This document shows positions 38,401 to 49,500 of a DNA stretch of 64,000 nt, piece after piece. Under the pieces are notes generated by a model that made no database searches, was not told where the DNA came from, and saw nothing but the letters and a program-made list of their open reading frames with translations. The stretch's first letter is position 1. Every line of letters begins with the position of its first letter. The stretch covers positions 27,638,999 through 27,702,998 of the forward strand of contig NC_083424.1 in NCBI RefSeq assembly GCF_020745735.1, read 5' to 3'. This DNA is from Hemiscyllium ocellatum. Its lineage: Eukaryota. The position numbers and the translations under genes are program-made.

Positions 38401-39629
38401 ATACATGTTATTAGCCTTAGCCGTCATCACCAGGCTTTTAAAAATAAACTAACAAATTATCTGGAAAGTGAAGTGGGCAAGGAAAGAGACAAGTTGGTTG
38501 CCTAATAGGTATGTAAAGTTGAGGTAAATACTTTTTACCCAACTCCCTAAAATGTATCTGAGAATCTTTTAAACAATTCAAGAGGAAATTTGATATGTCT
38601 TCCAGAAATCAATGTGTATTAGCAAGGTGCTTGAGACTACGTAAAAGTAAGACGTGAATTTGTCATCTATGGCTAAAGTTATAGAAGACCTCATTAAAGA
38701 GAGGATTTGGAGCATCAGGATAGAAATAAAACCATTACAGATTGTCAAAGTGCATTTATGAAAGGAATAATTTAGCATTTTATTGTACTTCCTTGAAGGC
38801 GTCACTAATAAATATCATGGGGACAAAGCAGTTGTGATTTGTTTTGATTTCAAATCAGGTAATCGTTATGCAGAACTAGAGAACATTCATTGTTTGAAGG
38901 ATGAAATGGTAAATGCAAAATGCATCTGCAAGAACAATGTCAGTTAGCAGAGGTTCATTGAGGGAACAGTCTTTTGGGGAGACCATGAAAATAAGTCATG
39001 TTGATTCATAGTACTTTTCAGATGGCATTTGATCTATATATAATTTAAAACATTTATCTATGGCTTGGATGTAACACGCAATTAGTGGATTAGAAGGCAA
39101 GGGAACACAAAATCTAGTGGGTGTTATGAATAAATAGAGAAGGGTTAGGGTGAACAGTAGCTTTTATAAGCAATCCCTGTCTGATTGAAAATACATACCT
39201 AGGATTAGAGGCATTATTAGTTGTATCATACTCTGACAAGGTTATAATTTGCAGATTGACTAAAAGGTATATAAATTAATAAATCTCTTGTATTCAGGAG
39301 AGTTTTCATTTTAGCTAATCTGGAGTGCACTCTCTTTGTGCATATGCTTGAATAAACAGTTGAAAACTTGCTCTCCACATTTCTTTGTTGATCAGTAGAT
39401 GTAACCACATCAATTGATCAATCTTTTTATGAACGCTGTGAGCATTCAGATAGAGTATCTTTAATTCTGCTTTTTAAACTTCCTTGTCAATTCTGATCCT
39501 ATGTAAAGCTTGTCTACACTTTGTCGTCTTACTTTTACCAGTTTTGCTTCCTTCCAATCTAAGCTCTTAGGTTCCTATGCCCCCACTAATCTAATTTGAA
39601 TTCTCTCCAAAAGCATTAGTGAATCTCCA

Positions 39630-39960
39630 TGAGAAAATTAGTCCCAATCCTACTAAGATGTAGCCAGTACATCTTGTACAAGCCTCATCCAGTCCAGAAC
39701 TGGTCCAAATGTCTCACGAATATGTATTCCTCCCTTCTACACCATGTTCTGTTACTCGTTTTTCATTTTCATGCTTACTAGTATGTGGAACTGAATATAA
39801 TCCTTAGATTACTCCTTTAGAGGTTCTGTATTTCAATTTCCTTTCCAAGCTCCCTGAAATTTGATTTCAGGACTTCATGCTTTGTTTACCCATGTAATTG
39901 ATACCAACATGGATCACAACTTCTGGCTGTTCCTCAGAAGAATGTTGTGCAGCCACTCCA
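39630..39960 (-). mobile_element. CR1 ORF1 (SGNH/esterase-like) remnant
   Basis: Minus strand gives EQPEVVIHVGIN...FRELG...WCRRE...LHL, matching the recalled CR1 ORF1 esterase pattern VVVHxGTND...DGLHL. Confidence 0.55.
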
Positions 39961-41133
39961 GGTAACTAATCATCCTGGAGATTTTTTTACTTTGGCTTCA
40001 CGTGCATCAATGTTATTTTATTAAGACAAGGCAAGTAAAATCTTATAATACAGATCATCCTGCCATGCAATGATCAATCAGGTTCATACTTACACTTTAG
40101 CTGCAATAAACCTTATTGAGTGTAGATGAGAAGGGAAAGATATAAAAGGAACCTAAGGGGTAACTTTTTCAAGCAGACGGTGGTGCCTGTATGGAATGAG
40201 CTGCCAGAGGAAATGGCGGCTGGTACACTTAAAGTATTTAAAAGGCATCTGGATGGGTAAACTGAATAGGAACAGTTTGGAGAGATTTGGGCCTAATGGT
40301 GGAAAATTGGGATATCTGGTTAGTGTGGATGAGTTGGACAAAAGGATCTTTGTGCTGTATGACGACAAGTACCTCTTGTTTTCTGCCTGTGCACCAAATT
40401 CTCACAGAAACCTGGTCACTACTTTGTGTTACTCCAGGTGGATAGTTACCTAACACTTTACCTCTTACTCCCTGCTCTCACAGAAGGGCAAATCATCATG
40501 GTGCAATCCCTCACCCACTAGCCTACTGCCCCTGTCCCCATTGCAACAGCGTGCCAGCCTTGCCCCACCCACACCCCAATATCAAATCTGGCTCCAGCCC
40601 AGCCACCTTCCTGTAGTGCTGGTAATGGCCACCACTCCTCGTAGCTCTGTGAATACTGAACAGCTGCCAGTGTCTGATTAGTCTCTGCTTTCTCTGGTGA
40701 GTCTTCCATTTCTAAGAAACAGAAGACCCATTCCCTGACTTGTTAGCTGGCGAGGGCATGGGGACCAATGCGTCTTGTTAAATTCAAATGTTGTACACTT
40801 GGGACAAACAGTTGATTCTTGGACCCATGTTTCCAAAACATTCTGCCAGTGGAAATTCTCCCTGTCTTATGTTTGACAATTGTTAGATTAGTATTCAACA
40901 GCTCCATCATGGTCTACTTTGGTCTACTTAACAGACCATGGTTGAATTGATCGTTTTTCATCTAGCAATTCCTAAGTTCCAACATACTAAGAAATTAATT
41001 AAAAGAATTGTCACATCTAGATTTCTTGGCAGACCTAAGAAGAATGACAAACTTCAGTAACCCTTGTAGAAAATAAATGTAATGTTTAATTGCTTGTACT
41101 AATTTCTCAGTATACTTAACTATATTACTTTTA

Positions 41134-43480
41134 GGAGAAAGTGAAGACTGCACATGCTGAAGATCAGTAGAAGAGTGTGGTGCTGGAAAAGCACAGCAGG
41201 TCAGGCAGCATCTGATGAGCAGGAGAGCTGACATTTCGAGCATAAGTCCTTCAGCAGGAATGAGGGGTGGCCCAAGGGGTCTGAGAGATAAGTGGGTGGG
41301 GGGTTGGGGCTGGGGGGTGGGGGTAGGTAGTTGGGAACATGATAAGTAAATGAAGGTGGGGTGAAATTGATAGGTCGGAGAAAGAGGTGGAGTGGATATG
41401 TGGGAAGGAAGATTTATAGATAGGACAGCTCAAGAGGGCATACCAAGTTGGAAGGTTGGATCTGGGATAAGGTGGGGATAGGAAAAACGAGGAAACAGGT
41501 AAAATCCACATTGATCTCATGTGGTTGGAGGGTTCCAAGGCAGAAGATGAGGCACTCTTCCTCCTAGTCTGGTGGCTCGGGTTTGTCCTTGGTAGAGTGC
41601 GGTGTATGGGGGGGGGGTTTAAAGTATTCAGCCACAGGGCAGTGGGGTTGTTTAGTGCATGTGTCCCAGAGATGTTCTCTGAAATGTTCTGCAAGTAGGC
41701 GTCCTGTCACCCCAATGTAGAGGAGACCACATTGAGAGCAACGGACACAGTAGATGACGTGTGTGGAAATACAGGTGAATGTTTGTCAGATGTTCATGGA
41801 CACCTCTTCCTATTACCCTCTTGACCACAACCTCATCTCCCATCACCAAACTATCAGCTCCCAGACCATCCACAACCTCATTACCTCAGGGGATCTCCCA
41901 CTAACAGCTTCCAACCTTATCTAGCAATCCCACACTGCCCAGTTCCACCTCCTATCTAAAATTCATAAATCTGACTGCCTCGATTGACCCATCATCTCTC
42001 GCCCCACTGAACTTATCTGTGCATGCCTTGACAACACCCTGTCCGCCTTGGTCCAGGAACTCCCCACATAAGTTCAGGATACCACCCACACCCTCCACCT
42101 CCTCCATGATTTTCAATTCCCTGGCCCCAACACCCCATCTTCACCATGGACATCACTGCCTGTATGCATCCATCTGCCATGACAAAGACCTCCAAGCCCT
42201 CCAGTTTGTCCCCTCCCGCCGACTCAACCAGTATTGTTCCACTGACATTCATTCGATTAGCAAAACTGGTCCTCAGCCTCAACAATTTCTCCTTTGAATC
42301 CTCCTACTTCCTCCAGACAAAAGGGGTAGCCGTGGGCATCTGCATGGGTCCAAGCTATGCCTGCCTCTTTGTCTGGTATGTGGAAGAGTCCCATCTTCTG
42401 CAGCTACACTGGCATCATTCCCCTTTTCCTCTGTTACATCGATAATTGACTGTATCGGTACCACTTCATGCTCCCACAAGAAGGTTGAACAGTTCATGAA
42501 CACCTTCCACCCCAACCTCAAGTTCACTTGGACCATCTAGAACACCTCCCTCCCCTTCCTGGACCTCTCCATCTCCATTTCCAGTGACCAATCCAACACA
42601 GACATCTACTACAAACCCACCGACTCCCACCCTACCTCCTGTAAAAACACTATCCCTTATTCCCAATTTCTCTGCTTCTGCTGCACCTTCTCCCAGGAGG
42701 ACCAATTCCACCACAGAACACCCAGCTAGCAGCCTTCTTCAAAGACTGCAATTTCCCCTCCCACGTGGTCAGCAATGCCTTCCACTTCCCACACTTCTTC
42801 TCTTGAACCCCACAGTTTCAATTGCAACAAGGTCAGAACTACCCTGGTCTACACTTTCCACCCCACCAACCTCCGGATATATTGCATCATCTTCCGCCAT
42901 CTACAAACAGACCCCACCACCAGGGATGTATTTCCCTCCCCTCCTCTGTGTTCTGGAGAGACCAGTCCTTCTATGACTCCCTTGTTAGGTCCACACCCAC
43001 CCTGAACTTGCAGCATTTTGCCTGTCACTGCAAAAAGTGCAAAATCTGCACCCACACCTCCCCCCTCACCTCAATCCTAGGCCCCAAAGGATCTTTCCAC
43101 ATCCTGTACTTCCACGCACGTCATCTACTGTGTCCATTGCGCTCTGTGGTCTCTACGTGGGATGATAGGATGCCAACTTACAGAATATTTCAGAGAACAT
43201 CTCTGGGGGACACGCAAAACAACCTCACCCCGCTGTGGCTGAACACTTTAACTTCCCCTCTCCTACTGCCAAGGAAATGCAGTGGAGGAAGAATGCCTCA
43301 TTTTCCACCTTGGGTCCCTCCAACCACACGGGATCAATGTGGATTTCACCAGTTTCCTCATTTTCCCCTCACCCCACCTTATCCCAGATCCAACCTTCCA
43401 ACCTCTCACTGACCTCTTGAATTGTCCTACCTGTCCATCTTCCTTCCCATCTATCACCTTCACCCCCATCTCGTCATAAT
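41134..43480. mobile_element. Penelope-like retroelement: + strand RT-GIY-YIG body (about 41800-43480) preceded by an inverted copy of its own 3' end (about 41134-41790)
   Basis: RT motifs LNNFSFESSYFLQTKGVAVGICMGPSYACLF and YIDN; GIY-YIG region HVIYCV...FREHL on + (about 43110-43330) and on - (about 41500-41775). Confidence 0.85.
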
Positions 43481-43489
43481 CATATTTGG

Positions 43490-44750
43490 AAAATTTAGAA
43501 TTCATTGAGGTTGTAATAAATAAAGTAGATAAAGAGGAACCAGTAGGTGTTGGGTGTTTGAATTTCCAAAAGATATTTGATCTGACCAAACATGTAGATG
43601 ACAGTAGGGCAGTTGACATATACATGGACTTGAGTAAAGCCTTTGATAAGGTTCCACATGGTAGGCTGTTGGAGAAAATGCAGAGGCATGGAATTGAGGG
43701 TGATTTAGCAGTTTGGATTAGAAACTGGCTTTCTGAAAGAAGGCAGTGAGTGGTAGTTGATGGAAAATATTCAGCCTGGAGCCACAAGGATCTGTTTTGG
43801 GACCACTGCTGTTTGTCATTTTTATAAATGACGAGGACGCAGGCATAGATGGATGGATTAGTAAATTTGCAGACAATACTAAAGTTGGTGGAGTAGTGGA
43901 CAGTTTGGAAGAATGTAACAGGTTGCAGGAAGACTTGGATAAACTGCAGAATTGGGCTGAGAGGTTGCAAATGGAGTTCAATGCAGTTAAATGTGAGGTG
44001 ATGCACTTTGGGAAGAGTAACAGGAAGGCAGAGTACTGGACCAATGGAAAGATTCTTGGTAGTGTGGATGTGCAGAGGGATCTTGAAGTCCATGTTCATA
44101 GATCCTGGAAAATTGCTACCCAAGTCGATAGTACTGTTAAAAAGGCATATGGTGTGTTAAGTTTCATTCGTAGAGGGATTGAGTTCCGGAGCCGCAGTAT
44201 CATGCTGCAACTATACAAAATGCTAGTGTGGCCACACTTGGAATATGGTGTACAGTTCTGATTGCCATATTTCAGAAAGGATGTGGGAGCATTGGAAAAG
44301 GTGCAGAGGAGATTTACCAGGATGTTGCCTAGTCTGGAGGGAAGGCCTTAAGAGGAAAGGCTGAGAGACTGGGTCTGTTCTCATTGCAAAGAAGAAGGCT
44401 AAGAGGGAATTTGATAGAGACATACAAGATGATTAGAGGATTAGATAGGGTAGACATTGAAAGTCTTTTTCCTAGGATGATGATGTCAGCTTATATGAGG
44501 GGGCATAACTACAAATTGAGGGGTGATAGATTTAAGACAGATGTCAGAGGCAGGTTCTTTATGCAGAGAGTGGTAAGGAGTGCCTGCTAATGTAGTCAAC
44601 TTAACCACATTTGGGAGATTTAAACAATCCTTAGATAAGCATATGGACGATGATGGAATAGTGTAGGGGCATGAGCTGAGAATAGTTCTCAGGTTGGTGC
44701 AACATCGAGGGCCGAAGGGTCTGTTCTGTGCTGTAATCTATGTTCTATAG
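43490..44750 (+). mobile_element. CR1 LINE RT and 3' end
   Basis: DLSKAFDKVPHG, KFADNTK, LVWPHLEYGVQF and RGNLIETYK. Confidence 0.88.
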
Positions 44751-46300
44751 GCTTCTGGCTTGTATGTGGCTGGGAGTGATATATTAGCAGGATATTGCCT
44801 AATTAGCAGAAATCGGAGAGCTGCTTGGCTGATGCTCTGCAACCACAAAATTATAATTAACTTTAAGAGCTTTCAGTTTGCTGAGGATGTCACATTAATT
44901 CACACCCCAACTGTGACAAATTGCACCTAAACAAGAGACATGCATTATATTCTTAAAACATTCAAAATAAGTCATTTCATCCATCTCTTGAAAATAAGGG
45001 GAAGTAATGAAGAAGATAAACCGAATGCTAGCCTTTAATGTAGGGGAGATGGAATGTGAAGTACAGAAATCTTGCTATAAGTGTACAAGGAGTTGGTAAA
45101 TCTGCTCTTAGTGTATGTTTTTATTTTCAAAGGATGGATATATTTGCATTAGTAGCAATTTCTACACCAAAAAATTCTGTCTTCTCTCTCACAGGATCAT
45201 TAGTTAGTGGAATTTTCTTCCACAGCAAGAGGAGGATGTTGGGTGATTGATTGAATATCCTCATGATGCAGTTGGTAGACTGATCTACAAGAGAGTCCAG
45301 GGTTCTGAGGGCAGGCACACTTATGCACAGAGTGGGAAGCAGGATAAATGGGCCAAATGGCCTATTCCTGCTCCTGTTCCTTGTAATTTTAGGAATAATG
45401 GAAGAAAGCCATTAAACCAGTCTTGACCTTGTCAAATCTCTGTTAGATTCATTCTCTGGCCTTTTCCTTGCAGCTACGCAAATCTTTACTCTTCAACTAA
45501 TTACCTATTCTCTTTTGAAAGTTACAACTGAATCTGCATCCACCACACTTTTTGATTGTGCATGCACTCCAGTCCCTAACCTAGTCATTTACCATGTTAA
45601 AAAAGTTTCCTTCAACTTGATCTCAGTTATAAAGTAACAAAGATGTACAGCATGGCAACAGACCCTTTGCTCCAACTCGGCCGGGCTGACCATATACCCT
45701 AAACTAATATGGTCCCACATGCCAGCACTTGGCCTATATCCCTCTAAACCCTTCCTATTCATTTCCGCATCCAAATGCCTTTTAAATGTGTAATTGTACC
45801 AGCCTCCACCACTTCCTCTGGCAGCTTGTTCCATACAAGTGAAAAAATTGTCCCCCCCCGCCAGCTCTTTTGCTAATTTCCGTAAATCAGTGGTTGCTGG
45901 TTCTTTACATTTCTGCCAATTGGGAACAGTTTCTCCCTGCGTGCCCTTTTCGGTCCTTTGTTTTGAATGTTTTGGTCATTGTCCATTCTCAATGTTTTGG
46001 TCAAGGACAACCCTCTAGCTTCTCATGTCTACCCCAGTGCGAGAGTCCTTCGAGCCGGCGACAAGTCTTCTGAATCTTTTCTGTACCCTCTTTAAAGCCT
46101 TCACATGCTTCCGAAAGTGTGTGGGGTTCAGAATTAGATGTAATGTTACAAGTGAAAGCTGAATCAGGAGATTGAGAATTACAGTCCGACACTTGACATA
46201 CCGTGGGGTGGGGCGAAAGAAATGTCTTCCAGTAAAACGTTGAAACCTATCGCCAGGATCACCCGGGACCGTGTCACGTGGGAGAAACGTAACCACGCAT

Positions 46301-46428
46301 GCGCTCGTTCACGGACGGGCCGCTTGACGTCGCGCTCGTTCACGGACGGGCCGCTCGACGTCGCGCTCGTCCACGGACGGGACGTTCGACGTCGCGCTCG
46401 TTCACGGACGGGCCGCTCGACGTCGCGC
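46301..46428. repeat. 31-bp CpG-rich tandem repeat, 4 units plus 4 bp
   Basis: Unit gcgctcgttcacggacgggccgctcgacgtc at 46301, 46332, 46363 and 46394, with 0-3 substitutions per unit and no spacers. Confidence 0.97.
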
Positions 46429-46521
46429 ACGCCGCCGACAGGGTGGGACTGGCGGAAACGCTGAGAGTGCCAGAAGCAGAATCCAATTATCCTCGGCGCT
46501 TGCTCGGCTGCAGGTTGTAAA

Positions 46522-46527
46522 ATGCCG
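46522..46527 (+). CDS. ARPC3: ARPC3 coding exon 1 (ATG CCG = MP)
   Basis: aaaATGCCG|gtaagt at the edge of the CpG island; supplies the N-terminal MP missing from exon 2. Confidence 0.92.
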
Positions 46528-49500
46528 GTAAGTTTCTGGAATGTCTCTATTCCCCTTCCCAACCCCGTCAAACCTTGGTGCGTCGAAGCATTCTAAATTG
46601 TTTCTGAAGGGATGTTATGATGTGAACTGGAAATTAAAGATGTGAAAAATCAGGAAGTAGGCCACTTGGGCCTAAGCAAGATTATTTTGGTAGTGCTGTG
46701 AATTTTGACACCTTTTAACTTTATAAAGTGAAATATTTTAGTTTTAGGATGTTATCAAATGCTATCCTTCACTGAGTGCATCCACTTTACTGGAAGTTGT
46801 GGTCTGAAGTGCTGACCTAAACCATCTACAAATAAAATGTGGATTATTTTTGACAGCAGTATGCCAGTTAAGACTGAATGCTAGAGAAGGATAATATTTC
46901 TAAATGTACTGAAATGCATCAAAGTGGATAAATCCCCAGGACCTGATCAGGTGTACCCTAGAACACTGTGGGAAGCTAAGGAAGTGATTGCTGAGTCCCT
47001 TGCTGAGATATTTGTATCATCAATAGTCACAAGTGAGGTGCCGGAAGACTGGAGGTTGGCTAACTTGGTGCCACTGTTTAAGAAGGGCGGTAAAGACAAG
47101 CCAGAGAACTATAGATCGGTGAGCCTGATCCCTGTGGTGGGCAAGTTGTTAGAGGGAATCCTGGGAGACAGGACGTACATGTATTTGAAAAGGCAAGGAC
47201 TGATTAGGGATAATCAACAAGGCTTTGTGCATGGAAAATCATGTCTCACAAACTTGATTGTGTTTTTTGAAGAAATAATAGAGAGGATTGGTGAGGGCAG
47301 AGCAGCAGTCATGATCTACGTGGACTTCAGTAAGGCGTTCAACAAGGTTCCCCATGGGACACTGGTTAGCAAGGTTAGATCTCACGGAATACATGGAGAA
47401 CTAGCCATTTGGATACAGAACTAGCTCAAAGGTAGAAGACAGAGGGTGGTGGTGGAGGGTTGTTTTCCAGACTGGAGGTCTGTGACCAGTGGAGTGCCGC
47501 AAAGATCGGTGCTGGGTCCACTACTTTTCATCATTTATATAAATCATTTGGATGTGAGGTATAGTTAGTAAGTTTGCAGATGATGCTAAAATTGGAGGTG
47601 TAGTGGACAGCAAAGAAGGTTACCTCAGATTACATTGGGATCTTGATCAGATGGGCTGAGAAGTGGCATATGGAGTTTAATTTAGATAAATGTGAGGTGC
47701 TGCGTTTTGGGAAAGCAAATCTTAACAGGACTTATACACTTAATGGTAAGGTCCTCGGGAGTGTTGCTGAACAAAGAGACCTTGGAATGCAGGTTCATAA
47801 CTCCTTGAAAGTAGAGTCGCTGGTAGATAGGATAGTGAAGAAGGCGTTTGTTATGTTTTCCTTTATTGGTCAGAGTATTGAGTACAAGAATTGGGATGTC
47901 ATGTAGTGGCTGTACAGGACATTGTTTGGGCCTCTGTTGGAATATTACATGCAGTTCTGGTCTCCTTCCTACTGGAAAGATGTGTGAAACTTGAAAAGGT
48001 TCAGAAAAGATTTACAAGGATGTTGCCAGGATTGGAGGATTTGAACTGTAGGGATAGATTGAATAGGCTGGAGCTGTTTTCCCTGGAGCATCAGAGGCTG
48101 AGGGGTGACCTTATAGAGATTTATAAAATCATGAGGGGCATGGACAGGATGGATAGACAAGGTCTTTCCCTGGGGTGGGGGAGTCCAGAACTAGAGGGCA
48201 TAGGTTTGGGTTGAGAGGGGAAAGATATCAAAGAGACCTAAGGGGCAACATTTTCATGCAGAGGGTGGTACGTGTATGGAATGAGCTGCTGGGGAAGTGG
48301 TGGAGGCTGGTACAATTGCAACATTTAAAAGGCTTCTGGATGGGTATATGAATAGGAAGGGTTTGGAGGGATATGGGCTGGGTGCTGGCAAGTGGGACTA
48401 GATTGTGTTGGGCTATCTGGTTGGCATGGACAAGTTGGACCGAAGGGTCTGTTCCTGTGCTGTACATCTCTATGACTCTACTTCTTTTCCTCTCTCAGGC
48501 TTATCATTCAACCCTTATGGATAGTGATGTAAAACTGATTGGAAACATGGCATTATTGCCACTTAAGACCCAATTTAAAGGACCCGCTCCCAAAGAAAGT
48601 AAGTTTTGAGATTGATTTTTCTAAAAAAATAAATTGTGGAATAGCTGTTTCAGTTTGTACAGTTGTGCGTAGCAGCATAAGTATTAGCTTTGTAATTCAA
48701 ACAAGTTAATAATTGTAGAAAGATCTTTCCAAACGTCCTGGTGCTAGGGAGGAAATATGCATTAGTTTACAAATGGACATATTTCCATTCAGCAGCATGG
48801 TTGTGATAGAAATTACTGCCTAGGGGAATGTTTGTGGGTATACTTATTTATCATTATCTACTGACATTCAGTAAGAGACTAAAGGGCTCTCTAAGGTTAA
48901 ATATATTCTGCTCTTGTTATGATTTAAGTACCAAATATACAAAGAATGTGTCTATTATTCTATTTATAAAATTTGCTTGTCAGAAGCAGTTTGCCACAGC
49001 TGGATTTCTAGTTGATTTTTGGAGAAATGCTGAAAATTTAAGAAGTTATGTTTTTAGAAACTATAATGTCACCTTTTGTCATTTTTTGGCCTGGTACTTG
49101 TATTTAAGAGTGCTGTTGGTTGACATATTGTCGTAGGTTATACTGTCATTGAGTTCTTATAGCATGGAAAGAGGCCCTTAAGCCTATCATATCCATGTGA
49201 ATCAAACACTTATTCTAATTTTGAAGTGCACATATACATAGTTTGTGAAAGACTTGAGGGTTCCTGTGTCTGCTACCCTTTCAGGCAATGAATTCCAGAC
49301 ACAACCCTCTTGGTGGAGGAGGGAAATTTTTCAAATCCCCTTTAAACCTCCTGGTCCTTACCTTAAAACTCTACTTCGTAGTTGTTGACCCATCTATTAA
49401 GGGAAAATGTTTCTCCTACTTTTTTCCTGGGTAGAGAAAACTTGAGAGAATGGTATTGAGGGAAAGTGCAACTATATTTTCTAATGTCACTAGCAAGATA

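Larger units (their letters stand above)
46180..46590 (+). promoter_or_regulatory. ARPC3 promoter CpG island
   Basis: Very high CpG density. E-box GTCACGTG at 46273-46280, NRF1-like CGCATGCG at 46296-46303, and CRE-like (T/C)GACGTCG once per repeat unit. Confidence 0.85.

Noticed and set aside
43263-44123. 286-aa minus-strand ORF
   Set aside because: Antisense shadow across the junction of a CR1 RT and a Penelope 3' end.
46301-46428. 31-bp repeats as a CRISPR array
   Set aside because: The units are contiguous with no unique spacers, there are no cas genes, and the context is a vertebrate promoter.
46179-46571. 130-aa minus-strand and 73-80-aa plus-strand ORFs at the ARPC3 promoter
   Set aside because: By-products of the GC-rich tandem repeat, which lacks stop codons; the peptides are repetitive with no recognisable family.
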